Source: Dehalococcoidia bacterium
GTDB taxonomy: Bacteria; Chloroflexota; Dehalococcoidia; Lucifugimonadales; UBA2985
Assembly: GCA_965221925.1 (NCBI GenBank)
Contig: OZ244924.1
Span: 169,609 to 233,608, forward strand
Direction of reading: 5' to 3'
Length of the DNA stretch: 64,000 bases
Made by a program: the position numbers and the translations under genes. Below, piece after piece: positions 1 to 10,399 of this stretch. Under the pieces are notes generated by a model that saw only the letters and a list, made by a program, of their open reading frames with translations, made no database searches and was not told where the DNA came from. Numbering within the stretch: position 1 is the first letter of the stretch; each line of letters opens with the position of its first letter.

Positions 1-56
1 TTGAAGATCTTGAATAGGTCGCGACACTCTATGTAAGGCTCGTCCCATTGGGGCAT
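1..56 (-). CDS. ABC transporter ATP-binding protein, N-terminal fragment (gene runs off the left edge)
   Basis: A minus-strand ATG at 56-54 is preceded by GGGAGGAG (reverse complement of 63-70) with a 6-nt spacer. It reads MPQWDEPYIECRDLFKIF..., a typical ABC-ATPase opening. It lies directly downstream of two FtsX-type permease genes. Confidence 0.4.
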   Translation of the reverse strand, partial: MPQWDEPYIECRDLFKIF

Positions 57-178
57 GGCGCGCTCCTCCCGCATGTGTGCCGGCGCGCTATCGCTCTGTC
101 CGTCCGGTGTCGGAGGTCTGCCGTAGGTCTCCATTGCGCTCTCCTTCTGAAACTCTATACCCTATCCTGCGCTTCCGG

Positions 179-3100
179 TCAAGCCTCGCCGATGCGCAGG
201 ACGCGCTGAACCTCCAGCTTGGCTGTGATCCACCCCAGCCACACCACGGTTGCCACAGCCACCGCCGTGAGCGCCAGATACGTGACAAGGAGGACGGCCC
301 AGTTGACTTGTAGTACCATCGGCGGGGTAACCCTGACTCCTTCCTCGGCCACCTCCAGGATGGGCAGGACGCTGATGGCTATCTGCTGACCGGCCCACGT
401 CCCCAGCGCTATGCCGCACACCATGATCAGGAGGAGGTTGAACCATACCACGCCGTTGAGCTGCCCCCTGGAGAATCCCAGAGTGCGGAGAAGGGCGAAC
501 TCCGTGTTGCGCTCCCGGGTGTCCGTGTAGCAGAAGAGCATAACTCCCGATGCGCTGGCCAGAACAAGGGCCAGGAACATGAGTATCAGGAGGCCGCCCC
601 ATCCGGCGTTGACCAGGGGCTGCTCAACCCGCTGGGACACCATGTCATCCGCGACGTAGGAGTTCCCGACGTTTATCCCGAAACCGGCTAAGGCGCCCTC
701 TATCTTCGTGGGGTCTGCGCCGGCGCCCAGGCCGGCCCAAATCTCGTTGCTTCCTCCGACCAGGCCCAGGCCGTGCAGATTGGTGTAGTGGTTTAACGTG
801 CGGAGGTCCATAACCACAAAGGGCTCCTCCCTTGGGTCCAGGGTGGGGAAGTAGTCGGCCACCGCCGCCACCTGGATTGGCACAGTGGCGTCGATGGTGC
901 CCAGCGTGAGGGCGCCGCCCGGACCTACCCCGGCTACGTCCAGCAATGACCTGCTGACCACCGCCGGTATGGGTGGTTCCGGCTTGCCCACGCGAACGGT
1001 CGGCAGCGACAATCCCCCTGGCGTCCAACTGAAGACCGCTGACCCCTCTGTGCCGGGGCGGGCCACTGCCTGGCTGAGCTCCAGGGCAAACAGGCCTGGG
1101 ACGTCGTAGTCTTCCACAACGCGCCAGTCATCCATGAACGACTGAAAGTCGACCAGGTGGGTTTCCTCAAAGGGGGTTAACACGGACAGGTCTCCCAGGT
1201 ATATGGCTCCGGGGTCTTGCAGCGTGGACCTCATGCTGACCCGGAGGGAGAGCAGGGTGAATGGTGGAGTGGCGCCCACAAAGTCCAGCCAACCATCCGT
1301 GCCTACCCGCAAGGGCAGAGACCTCCGGGGCCTCGGTGGAAAGAGGTCGGCGTCAAGGCGTATCCATCCCTGGGAGTCCATCTGCCAGTCCTCTAGGTCC
1401 AGCGGCCCAAAGGAGATGTCGAAGTAGTATCCTGAATCGTCTCTTACCCGGCCCACCAGGGTTGCGCCGGGGTCGGTGGCGCCCGGATTCACCCATAGCG
1501 CCAGGGTGGTAGCATACGGAGGCAGCTTGATCCCGTCGCTCAGGATGGAGACGGACGGATCGGCGCTGATGGCCTCGGTGATTGCAGTCAGGGACTCCCT
1601 GTCGGTGAGGTCTTCGCGATACCACGCCACATCGGCAAAGCTGTCGCTGTCCACCGCCATAATGGACACCCTGGTCTGATCGAACGCGCCGGTGGAGAAT
1701 GTGCCCGTGGTACGCAGCGCCTCCGATATGACCTCCACCCCCTCCAGACGCTGGGTGAGGTAGGACATTCCCAACAGGGATACGGGAGCCCTGCCAACGC
1801 CGTGCTGGATGCGCAGGTCTGCCCCGGAATCGTACAGCGCTCTGTCCATCTGGCTGCGCTCTATGGTTGCGCTGAACGTGCTTCCGATTACCCCCAGGGC
1901 TGTGGTCAGCATGAGCAGCGCCACAAGAGAGCCGGGTATGATGGGGTCTCTGGAGACGCGCCTCAATCCCTGGAGCAGCCAGACCGGGCCCAGAGACTCC
2001 GCGAGCCTTGCCATGAGGGCCACCACCAGGGGGAAGAACCGCATGACCAGAAGACCCATGGCCAGGAGGCCAAGCACGGGGCCCAGCAGCAGAGAGACGT
2101 CCACCTCAAGCTCCCCCGTCCCCAGGGACCGCACCAGAAAGGAGCCTCGGGTCTGGGTCTGCCACCATATCAGCCCTATCAATGCCAGCGCCAGTAAGTC
2201 CAGATAGCTGCGATGGATGAAGGGCGCTCTGGGAGGCCTTGCGCCGGTCTGTTGGAACTCCACCATTCCCTGCCGGGAAGCCATTAAGGTTGAGAAGGTC
2301 AGCGCCGTCACGGCCAGGGCCGCCCCTCCGGCTCCCAGCAGGAAGGCCTGAGAGGAGAGGGACACGGGCACAGGCCCGCTGCTCAGATCCATGTCTATGA
2401 AGACGCCTCCCAGCGTTCTGGAGATGACCAGAGCCAGGACAGGGCCAAACGCTACAGCCGGAGCGGCCAGCAGAAGCCCCTCCACCAGGGCGAATAAACC
2501 CATCTGTGGAGTGGTGATGCCGCGGCTCTTGAGCTGGGACGTTTCCCTGGCGCGTGACTTGACCACCAGCCCGGATACCAGCCCCAGGTAGTAGATGAGG
2601 ATGCCGGTTGTCAGGGAGACCATGAGGTAGAGAGGGATGCGGGCCAGCAGTATCTGCTCCTGGTAGGCGCTCAGCACATCGTCAAGATTTATGCTGATGC
2701 CGGCGTTCTCAAGTCTGCGGGGTAGGGTCTCCCGGAGGCTCTGGAGGCTGTCCTGGATATCGCTCACGTCCCCGGCCCTTATGCCGGTTCGATCAAGGTA
2801 GAAGAACCACTTGACGTCTGCGTAGGAGTTGGGGTAGCTGCGCCCAACGTACTCCAGGACCGCGTCCTCCGTGGTAAAAAGCGGCACAATGGGCACCTGG
2901 TCCTCTGTGTGACTGAAGGTGCGGCCTACGCCGTACCAGAACTCGTCCTCCGGGTCGACTCGCCGGAATAACCCTACAATCCTGACTTTCATAGACGTCT
3001 CAGCTGCGTCGCCGATTGCCGGAAACACATCCATCTCATCACCCAGGCCCAGTTGGAGTATCTCCGCTCCGGCCATGTCTATGGCCGCCTCCAGGGGGGC

Positions 3101-3601
3101 GTCCAGGGAGATACCGCCGCCGGCTGAGGAGTAGGGCCATCGACCTTCAACCACGTTTATCCTGTTCGGGAAGATGTCGGACATGTAGCCGATCTTACCC
3201 CTGGGACGGATGTCGTTGGCCTGCTCCAGCTGAGGGTGGCCGGCAAAGAAGAGGGGGAGAGTCTGGAACAGGAGAGACCGGTCTTGCAGGTATGGCTCAA
3301 ATGGCTCGCCCGCGTACCGCTCTACGGTGTCCAGGCCGTTCAGGTACGTGGAGTCCTGCCTGGAGACTTTGGAGAAGTCCTCCAAGCCGCCGTAGGTTCT
3401 CACGGTGAAGTTGACCTGCTCAGGAGTGGCCTGGTTCAGGGCGCTGCGCAGGGCCGCTTCTTCAAGGAGGTTGGAAAAGATGATCCCGCTGGACATCAGG
3501 GACACCGCGAGCAGCATTCCCAGGAAGAGGACTATCTCCAACCTCCAGTTGGATACGGTCCGCCGCAGCGCTATAACGTATGCCAGTTGTAGTAGTGACA
3601 T
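179..3601 (-). CDS. FtsX/MacB-type ABC transporter permease (large, duplicated FtsX architecture)
   Basis: A 1140-aa ORF with clusters of hydrophobic helices at the N-terminus, middle and C-terminus, separated by large soluble regions. The C-terminal segment ...LRTLGFSRGQLNGVVWFNLLLIMVCG... is FtsX-like. It lies 16 nt downstream of a paralogous gene. Confidence 0.85.
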   Translation of the reverse strand: MSLLQLAYVIALRRTVSNWRLEIVLFLGMLLAVSLMSSGIIFSNLLEEAALRSALNQATPEQVNFTVRTYGGLEDFSKVSRQDSTYLNGLDTVERYAGEPFEPYLQDRSLLFQTLPLFFAGHPQLEQANDIRPRGKIGYMSDIFPNRINVVEGRWPYSSAGGGISLDAPLEAAIDMAGAEILQLGLGDEMDVFPAIGDAAETSMKVRIVGLFRRVDPEDEFWYGVGRTFSHTEDQVPIVPLFTTEDAVLEYVGRSYPNSYADVKWFFYLDRTGIRAGDVSDIQDSLQSLRETLPRRLENAGISINLDDVLSAYQEQILLARIPLYLMVSLTTGILIYYLGLVSGLVVKSRARETSQLKSRGITTPQMGLFALVEGLLLAAPAVAFGPVLALVISRTLGGVFIDMDLSSGPVPVSLSSQAFLLGAGGAALAVTALTFSTLMASRQGMVEFQQTGARPPRAPFIHRSYLDLLALALIGLIWWQTQTRGSFLVRSLGTGELEVDVSLLLGPVLGLLAMGLLVMRFFPLVVALMARLAESLGPVWLLQGLRRVSRDPIIPGSLVALLMLTTALGVIGSTFSATIERSQMDRALYDSGADLRIQHGVGRAPVSLLGMSYLTQRLEGVEVISEALRTTGTFSTGAFDQTRVSIMAVDSDSFADVAWYREDLTDRESLTAITEAISADPSVSILSDGIKLPPYATTLALWVNPGATDPGATLVGRVRDDSGYYFDISFGPLDLEDWQMDSQGWIRLDADLFPPRPRRSLPLRVGTDGWLDFVGATPPFTLLSLRVSMRSTLQDPGAIYLGDLSVLTPFEETHLVDFQSFMDDWRVVEDYDVPGLFALELSQAVARPGTEGSAVFSWTPGGLSLPTVRVGKPEPPIPAVVSRSLLDVAGVGPGGALTLGTIDATVPIQVAAVADYFPTLDPREEPFVVMDLRTLNHYTNLHGLGLVGGSNEIWAGLGAGADPTKIEGALAGFGINVGNSYVADDMVSQRVEQPLVNAGWGGLLILMFLALVLASASGVMLFCYTDTRERNTEFALLRTLGFSRGQLNGVVWFNLLLIMVCGIALGTWAGQQIAISVLPILEVAEEGVRVTPPMVLQVNWAVLLVTYLALTAVAVATVVWLGWITAKLEVQRVLRIGEA

Positions 3602-3617
3602 CTTGCTGTACCGGTTG

Positions 3618-6600
3618 CTACCCTGTCCGGAGCGCGTCCGGAGCGTTCAGTCTGCGGGCTGCCGCCACGGTTACCAGGATCCCGGCGGCCAGCGCGGCGG
3701 CCAGGCAAAGCAGCGCCAGGGCCATGAGGCCGCCGTGAGTGGTCAATAGCATGGGAGGGACAACGGGCGTTCCGTCTATGGTCACGTCCAGGAAGCCCAG
3801 GACCCAGCGGCTGAGCCAAGCGCCTACGCCCACGCCGATGGCCCCGCCCATGACCGCTACCATGAACCTCTCCACTATCAGCGACAGCAATGCCTCCGTC
3901 CGGGAGAGCCCCAGGGCCCTGCTTATGGTCAGGTCTATCCGGCCTGCCTGTACGGATACCGCCGAGTAGGCGCCCAGGGCGACCGATGCGGCCATTGTGA
4001 GTACCGCCATGCTCAGAACGGTGAGGCCGTTCCAGCCTCCGCCGGCCAAGGGGTTGCGCTGCGCCAACTCCGCGGCGGCCTCCCTGTCCTCTACGGAGGA
4101 GACACCGGGAAGCCGTCTTATGGAGAGGATGGCGCTGCTGCGCGCAACAGAGTCGTTCAGGGAGACCCACACCTCCCTTGGGAGAGACGGCGCTTGGGCG
4201 CCGGGCATTCGACTGATGTAGTCACCGTAGTCATCTATGTCCACCAGCAGGAATGGAGTGGATGCGCTGCTGATGGTGGGGAAATAGTCGGTCACGTTGC
4301 TCACCACCACGGGGACCGGATGGTTTCCCGACTGGACGCGCGGCCTCTGCCCCGCTTGGAACGTGGTCCCGCCGACGGCGGGCAGCGGAATAGGACCGGC
4401 GGGAATCAGGGCGCCCCGAGGGTTAAGGCCAATCGAGTTCCGCCATGAGAAGTTGAGGCCGAATCCGCCGCTCCGGGCCGCCACGCGGCTGCGCTCAGTC
4501 ACGTCGCTTGTTGAGTCGATGCTTGGGAGGCTGACCCAGGCGCTTGGGCCCGCGGCCTCCTCGAAGCCCTCCACCACTATGCCATCCGGTGGAGCGGATG
4601 CCACCTTGGCCGTCATATCGTCCAGACTGAGGCTCCCTGGCTGCGCCCCGCCCAGCGAGCCGCCGAATCCGCTGCTCATGAATATGGAGACCACGCTGAA
4701 GGGAGGCTCGGCCTGCTCCAGGGGGAGCGCCTCTTCCAGGTAGGTCCACTCCTGGTCAGGCGCATTGGTCGGAATCTTGCCCAGGGACAGGCTGTGGTAT
4801 CTTCCGGAGCTGTCGGCAACTCGCGTCCACATGGTCGGCGTCCGGTTGATCAGAACCTGGTCCAGCTCGTTTACCCTCACCCATATGCCCACGCTCTCGG
4901 TATCCTCCGGAAGGGATATGCCGGGAGACCCTCCCTCGGCCTGCCTCAGGGGCGCAAGGAGGTCGGCCAGGCCCTCGCCTGGTGGCCCTTCCCTGGCCCA
5001 GGCGACATCGGGTAGCGCCTCCGGGTCCACTCCTATTATGCTTCCCAGGTCGCGGGCAACCGGGCTGACCGCCTGGACACCCGGCAGAGCGGCCAACTCC
5101 TCCTGAAGCGAATCGGAAAGGGCGGCGCCTCTGACCACCAGGTCGCCGCCCACACTGAAGAGGGCTTGCTCCTGCTGGCTCCTGGATAGGGTCGATTGAA
5201 ACGATGCTCCGAACACGCCCAGGGCCGAGACCATCATCAGCATGATTACCAGAGAGCCGTGTGGCAGGGGGTCCCGGGCCATTCGCGTGAGGGTAAGGGA
5301 TAGCCACGCAGGGGCTGCAAGGCTGCCGGCCAGGGCCAACGCCCTCATCAGCCAGGGCAGCAGCCTGGGTATCATAACCGCCGCGGCGAGCAGAACCAAC
5401 ACCGGCCCCATAAGCATACTGAGGTCCACCTCCTTGAGCGCGCTGCCTGCCAACTCCCTCTGAATGAACCCTCCGCGCTCCTCCACCTGCCACCAGATGA
5501 GGCCAACCGTCGCAAGGACCAGGACATCAACGTAGTACCTGTGCAGCAGCGGCACGGTGGATGGCCTTGCGCGTACTCTGAGGAACTCCACCATCCCCAG
5601 GCGCGCCATGCCCACTCCGGAAGCAAGGAGTACCACGAGACTCAGCAGGCCGCCTATGGCTCCAATGAAGAACACGCTTGCGGAGAGCTCCACTGGAAGA
5701 GGGGCGCCCCCCTCTCCCGCGGGGTTTATAGTCCTAACCAGCAGATACCGCACAATTCCAAGCGCCAGGAGAGGCCCCAGGAACAGGGATAGGATCACCA
5801 CAATCCCTTCTCCCAGGGCAAAGAGGCCGCTCACCTGGGCCATGCTTGCCCCGCGGCTTCTCAGGATGTTGGCTGCGTCGCTCTGGGTGCGGGCCAGCAG
5901 TCCCAGCACAAGGACCAGGAAGTACAGGATGACCACCACCACCAGGGACAGGAACAGGAAGAGGGGGGCGCGGGCCAGCGTCAGCTCCTCCTGGTAGTCG
6001 GTGATGGTCTCTTCCAGGAGGCTGAGTACCAGCGAGCGAGGGTACAGACTGTTCAGGTTTCTCTCCAGCCCTACAATCGCCTCCTTGGTTGGCCCGGCCG
6101 TATCCGCAGTGAGCAATCCGGTGTCCAGGAACAGGAACCACCAGTAGTCGCTCAGCAGGGAGGGGTACCTGGCCCCCAGAACATTGGAGAAGTGTTCCTC
6201 CGGCACGTACATGGGAGCAACGGTCCAGGGGTCCCTGTCCTGGGAGTTGAAGTAGTAGCCACCCCAGGTCAGCCAATACTCCTCAGAGGGATCTATGGGC
6301 TCCACCAGGCCCACCAGCGTGAACCTGACCCTCTCGGTCGGATCCGCCGCAAAGGGGACCATGTATATCAGGTCGTCCACCTCCCACCCCATGTCGAAGG
6401 CGGTCTGCTTTCCCACAACCATCTCCATGTTGACGCCCGTCTCGTGGTAGACCGGATCGGCCTGAGGCCAGCGGCCCTCCACAACCTTGGCATACTCCTC
6501 AAAGCCGGTCAGGAAGAACGGCTGACCACCCGGGCCTCCACGGGAGGGGGGGCGTCCGTCCTCCGTCCTCACCAGGGGAAGGTTGGACTGCGCGCGGCCG

Positions 6601-6911
6601 GAGCGTTGGATATTCCGCGCCATGTGGCCCAGGCTCTCATCCAGGATATCCTCCACAACCACGCGCAGCTTCTCATAGTCGGCGGGGCCCAGTGGCCGGT
6701 TCTGTATAGCCACCTGGGCGTTCAGTACCACCGGAGAGGTTAGGGCCAAGGTGTGGCGCAGCCCGCCTTCCGCCAGCGCTTTGGAGTAGATGGCTCCAAC
6801 GGCCATGAGAGTGACGGAGGCCAGTATGCCAAAAGAGGTGACGGCCAGCAGCATCCAGGAGGATCGGAGGCGCCTTGGCAGCAGCCAGATTAGCACCCTG
6901 ACCCAGGTCAT
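3618..6911 (-). CDS. FtsX/MacB-type ABC transporter permease (paralogue of 179..3601)
   Basis: A 1097-aa ORF with the same architecture as its neighbour. It shares blocks such as MVEFxxxxARPxxxPxxHRxYxDxLxLAxxGLIWWQ, and has a C-terminal ...ISRALGLSRTEALLSLIVERF... FtsX-type segment. Confidence 0.85.
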   Translation of the reverse strand: MTWVRVLIWLLPRRLRSSWMLLAVTSFGILASVTLMAVGAIYSKALAEGGLRHTLALTSPVVLNAQVAIQNRPLGPADYEKLRVVVEDILDESLGHMARNIQRSGRAQSNLPLVRTEDGRPPSRGGPGGQPFFLTGFEEYAKVVEGRWPQADPVYHETGVNMEMVVGKQTAFDMGWEVDDLIYMVPFAADPTERVRFTLVGLVEPIDPSEEYWLTWGGYYFNSQDRDPWTVAPMYVPEEHFSNVLGARYPSLLSDYWWFLFLDTGLLTADTAGPTKEAIVGLERNLNSLYPRSLVLSLLEETITDYQEELTLARAPLFLFLSLVVVVILYFLVLVLGLLARTQSDAANILRSRGASMAQVSGLFALGEGIVVILSLFLGPLLALGIVRYLLVRTINPAGEGGAPLPVELSASVFFIGAIGGLLSLVVLLASGVGMARLGMVEFLRVRARPSTVPLLHRYYVDVLVLATVGLIWWQVEERGGFIQRELAGSALKEVDLSMLMGPVLVLLAAAVMIPRLLPWLMRALALAGSLAAPAWLSLTLTRMARDPLPHGSLVIMLMMVSALGVFGASFQSTLSRSQQEQALFSVGGDLVVRGAALSDSLQEELAALPGVQAVSPVARDLGSIIGVDPEALPDVAWAREGPPGEGLADLLAPLRQAEGGSPGISLPEDTESVGIWVRVNELDQVLINRTPTMWTRVADSSGRYHSLSLGKIPTNAPDQEWTYLEEALPLEQAEPPFSVVSIFMSSGFGGSLGGAQPGSLSLDDMTAKVASAPPDGIVVEGFEEAAGPSAWVSLPSIDSTSDVTERSRVAARSGGFGLNFSWRNSIGLNPRGALIPAGPIPLPAVGGTTFQAGQRPRVQSGNHPVPVVVSNVTDYFPTISSASTPFLLVDIDDYGDYISRMPGAQAPSLPREVWVSLNDSVARSSAILSIRRLPGVSSVEDREAAAELAQRNPLAGGGWNGLTVLSMAVLTMAASVALGAYSAVSVQAGRIDLTISRALGLSRTEALLSLIVERFMVAVMGGAIGVGVGAWLSRWVLGFLDVTIDGTPVVPPMLLTTHGGLMALALLCLAAALAAGILVTVAAARRLNAPDALRTG

Positions 6912-7129
6912 CTTCTTACGCCGCTACTCATCGGGACACGCAGATACATCCGTATCACGATACTTCGCTCCTTGCCTTGAATCCGTGGAGGCGAATCTGT
7001 GAGTGGATACAATGGAGGGAGTATATCAGAAAGACCCGACTGGAAGTAGGATGCTCCAGGGCGCCCTGTGCAGGCGTGGATGGCGTATGTCTCAATGAAC
7101 GCCGCAGCCCCCAGCGCGAGAGGGAGGGC

Positions 7130-7356
7130 AGCGCCCGCCCCGTTCCGCTCACGCCCTTCGACATGCTCAGGACGAGCGGAATGCGCCCGCCCCGTTCCGC
7201 TCACGCCCTTCGACATGCTCAGGACGAGCGGAATGCGCCCTTGCCCGTTTATAGCCTACCCCGTACTTGATACGGGGGTGAGCGTGTCGAACTAGGGACG
7301 AGCGGGAGGATAGGGCTCGCTCGTGGTGAGCGTGTCGAACCACACGAGCGGGCAAG
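7130..7356. repeat. GC-rich modular interspersed repeat cluster (locus A)
   Basis: Two direct 52-bp copies of cgttccgctcacgcccttcgacatgctcaggacgagcggaatgcgccc start at 7141 and 7193. A hairpin module ccccgtacttgatacgggg and two gtgagcgtgtcgaac modules are also present. The same modules recur at four other loci in reverse or forward orientation. Confidence 0.75.
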
Positions 7357-7410
7357 GACGGCCGTCGTCGTCATGCCCGCGAATGCTCCCCGGCAACGGT
7401 CCACTTTACC

Positions 7411-8613
7411 TTACAGGGCAAGCGAAATGGCCTGCCCTCCCAAGGCCGAGAGCACGACGACCAGCCAGGGGGGCCACTTCCACAATGCCAGGAGGGCGAA
7501 GGCCGCAAGCGCCAGCCCAAAGTCCTCGCGAGTGTGAACGGCGTTTGTCCAGACGGGGTCGTAAAGCGCCGCCAGGAGCAGACCCACCACAGCGGCGCCC
7601 ACGCCCCTGGACGCTCCTATGAATCCGGCCTGGCCTCGCAGGTGGTCCCAGAACGGGACCGTCCCAATAACCAGCAGGAAAGACGGAATATAGATGGCGG
7701 CCAGCGTGAAGACTCCTCCCAGCCACGGGGTTTGATCGCTGTAGGTCATTGCGCCAAGGTAGGCGGAGAAGGTGAACAGTGGGCCGGGCACAGCCTGGGC
7801 CGCGCCGTAGCCTGCAATGAACTCCTCGTTGCCAACCCATCCGGGAGGGACCACCTGCGTCTGAAGCAGTGGCAGCACAACGTGGCCCCCACCGAACACC
7901 AGAGAGCCGGCCCTGTAGAAGCTGTCGAACACCTCGATGTGGCCGTTGGGGACCGCCTGCCTCAGTACCGGCAGCCCCGCCAGGAGGATGAAGAAGAGGG
8001 CGAGGGATATAGCAGCCACCACGCGTCCAACCGGGAACCGACCCACGGGCTGGGGTTCCAGCCGGCTCTCCGGAAACAGTCGCCAGCCTATTACTGCGGC
8101 GATGGCGATAACAGCCACCTGCCCAATCGCCGTCGGCCAGACCAGCATGGCGATGGCGGCTGCTACGGCCAGAGTGGCCCGTGGAGGGTCTGGGCTGAGG
8201 TTCCGCGCCATGCCCCAAACGGCAAGGGCCACAACCGCCACCGCGGCTATCTTCAGGCCTCTCAGCCAGCCGGAGTCGGCTACGTCCCCGATAGTCGATA
8301 CCCCGTAGGCAAACAGGATGAGGGCCACGGCAGAGGGTATGGTGAAGCCAAGCCAGGCCGCCAGGCCGCCAAGAAGTCCAGCCCGTCTGATGCCCAGGGC
8401 GATTCCCACCTGGCTGCTTGCAGGGCCGGGGAGAAACTGGCACAGAGCAACCAGATCGGCGTAGGTACGCTCGTCCAGCCACCCGCGCCGCTCCACGAAC
8501 TCGTTGCGAAAGTAGCCAAGGTGCGCGACAGGCCCGCCGAATGAGGTGACCCCAAGGCGCAAGAACGCTATCAGGACTTCCAGGAATGGCGCTCGTGGGG
8601 ACCGCATCTCCAT
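7411..8613 (-). CDS. chrA: chromate transporter (CHR family)
   Basis: A 400-aa polytopic membrane ORF. It has the duplicated CHR signature: FLRLGVTSFGGPVAHLGYFRNEFVERRGWL in the N-terminal half and YRAGSLVFGGGHVVLPLL in the C-terminal half. Confidence 0.9.
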   Translation of the reverse strand: MEMRSPRAPFLEVLIAFLRLGVTSFGGPVAHLGYFRNEFVERRGWLDERTYADLVALCQFLPGPASSQVGIALGIRRAGLLGGLAAWLGFTIPSAVALILFAYGVSTIGDVADSGWLRGLKIAAVAVVALAVWGMARNLSPDPPRATLAVAAAIAMLVWPTAIGQVAVIAIAAVIGWRLFPESRLEPQPVGRFPVGRVVAAISLALFFILLAGLPVLRQAVPNGHIEVFDSFYRAGSLVFGGGHVVLPLLQTQVVPPGWVGNEEFIAGYGAAQAVPGPLFTFSAYLGAMTYSDQTPWLGGVFTLAAIYIPSFLLVIGTVPFWDHLRGQAGFIGASRGVGAAVVGLLLAALYDPVWTNAVHTREDFGLALAAFALLALWKWPPWLVVVLSALGGQAISLAL

Positions 8614-8736
8614 GTATCAGCATCAGCCTTTCAGCAACCCGCGCGAGGCTCCGCCTGCTCCGTCGGAGCGCTCCGAGTCGCTCATGCTCGCAACTCTTCT
8701 ACCATAGCCCAAGCACAGGCATAATGCTAGCCCAGT

Positions 8737-8772
8737 CCTTGATACGGGCGTGAGCTTGTCGAACCATATGAG
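8737..8772. repeat. Single degenerate copy of the GC-rich repeat module (locus B)
   Basis: ccttgatacgggcgtgagcttgtcgaaccatatgag resembles the tacttgatacgggggtgagcgtgtcgaac module of locus A. Confidence 0.4.
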
Positions 8773-9115
8773 TGGTGTCGTGCGGCATAACCGGCGCCTG
8801 TAGAGAACGCCTCTGAGCGCAAGGCGTTGCCTTCTCAATTGTTCTTGGTGTATCCTACCTGCGGATATGCGTTACGGCCACACGTTGGCCGGGTCGCCGG
8901 ATTGAGGCTTGCGCAGCCTCCTTGAAGAAGTCGACGTAGCAGGCGTATCCGTCACGCGAGGATACGGATTCGGAGATGAGGATGCCGGCAGAATCCGGGC
9001 CATCGAAGAACGCGTCCCTGGACTCCGTGCGCTGTGGCTTTGTGATGGCCATGAGTTGCGCTATGAGCGAGATCAGGGCAGTAACCACCGGGCTACGGCT
9101 ACCCACAGGACGTAA

Positions 9116-10399
9116 ATGGAACTGATAAAGCAGTTGCCCGCGTCTCTACTAAGCGGGAGAGTGGCTTGGGTCTCGCTTGCCCTGGTGGTGTCCGTGAGTT
9201 TGGCTGGCTGCGACAACGCCGCGCCGTCGCCAACGGCTAGTGAAAGCGGCAACGGACCGGACACCCAGGCCACAGCCACTCCAGACCCCGGCGCGTCAAG
9301 GGCCGGTATCACGGACGAGCGCATACTGTTCGGCCAGTCCGCCGCATTCAGCGGCCCAGCCCAGGATTTGGGCTGGGGTATGATGACAGGGATACAGGCC
9401 GCCTTCCACGAGGCCAACCTGAACGGCGGCGTTCACGGACGGCAGTTGGAGCTTGTGTCCGAGGACGACTCCTACGAGCCGGAAGCCGCCATTGCCAACA
9501 CCCTCAGCCTCATCCGGCAGGAGGAGGTCTTTGCGCTAATAGGCGCCGTTGGCACACCCACGTCCCGCTCGGCCACACCCGTCGCGGAGAGCGCGGGTGT
9601 CCCATATATCGCTCCCTTCACGGGCGCCGCTTTTCTGAGGGACCCGGAGTGGAGCACGGTGTTGAACCTGCGGGCTTCCTACAACCAGGAGACCGAAGAG
9701 ATGGTCGCGCGCTTGATTGGCGACCTTGGGATTGAACGGATTGCGGTGCTCTATCAGGACGACTCCTATGGGCGCGCAGGGTTCAACGGGGTGAAGCTGG
9801 CGCTGGAGAAGCGCGGCATGGAGCCTGTGGCAATTGGGTTGTACCCGCGCAACACAACGGCCGTCAAGACGGGCTTGCTGGACCTGAGACAGGGAGAGCC
9901 GGAGGCGGTCATAATGATTGGAGCTTACGAGCCGGTAGCGCGGGTGGTCGCCTGGGCGCGAGAGCTGGAGTTTGCCCCGGTCTTTATGACGGTCTCCTTT
10001 GTGGGCAGCAATGCATTGGCCCGGGAGTTGGGCCCGCGTGGCGCAGGGGTCTTCGTCACCCAGGTGGTGCCATTTCCCATGGACAACTCCATTCCGGTGG
10101 TGTCCAGATACCTCTATGCTCTGGCCTCTTACGACATTGGCGCTGCCCCGGGGTTCGTCTCTTTGGAAGGTTACCTGGCCGGCCGGCTGGCAATTGCCAG
10201 CCTGGAGAAGTGCGGCCGGGAAGTGGACCGTGATTGCTTCCTGAACAGTCTGCGCAGCGATGAGGTAATCGACATAGACGGGTTCCAACTCAGCTACGGA
10301 GCCCAGGACAACCAGGGCTCGGACGCGGTCTTTCTGACTGTGATTGGACCGGACGGCCTTTTCCGTTCAGTCAATACCTTGAATGAGGCAGAGCAGTGA
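9116..10399 (+). CDS. ABC-type substrate-binding lipoprotein, LivJ/Peripla_BP_6-like
   Basis: A signal peptide with lipobox SLAGC is followed by a low-complexity linker. The mature part reads ILFGQSAAFSGPAQDLG...IGAVGTPT...YQDDSYG, typical of branched-chain amino-acid-type binding proteins. Confidence 0.85.
   Translation: MELIKQLPASLLSGRVAWVSLALVVSVSLAGCDNAAPSPTASESGNGPDTQATATPDPGASRAGITDERILFGQSAAFSGPAQDLGWGMMTGIQAAFHEANLNGGVHGRQLELVSEDDSYEPEAAIANTLSLIRQEEVFALIGAVGTPTSRSATPVAESAGVPYIAPFTGAAFLRDPEWSTVLNLRASYNQETEEMVARLIGDLGIERIAVLYQDDSYGRAGFNGVKLALEKRGMEPVAIGLYPRNTTAVKTGLLDLRQGEPEAVIMIGAYEPVARVVAWARELEFAPVFMTVSFVGSNALARELGPRGAGVFVTQVVPFPMDNSIPVVSRYLYALASYDIGAAPGFVSLEGYLAGRLAIASLEKCGREVDRDCFLNSLRSDEVIDIDGFQLSYGAQDNQGSDAVFLTVIGPDGLFRSVNTLNEAEQ

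Noticed and set aside
7406-8623. 405-aa and 336-aa ORFs overlapping chrA in other frames or on the other strand
   Set aside because: They have an Arg/Pro/Gly-rich composition typical of off-frame reading of a high-GC gene. The chrA frame carries the CHR signature.
8855-9106. 83-aa minus-strand ORF between the chrA region and the binding-protein gene
   Set aside because: It has no recognisable motif, an unclear start, and an overlapping plus-strand 68-aa ORF of equal quality. There is not enough evidence to call a gene.
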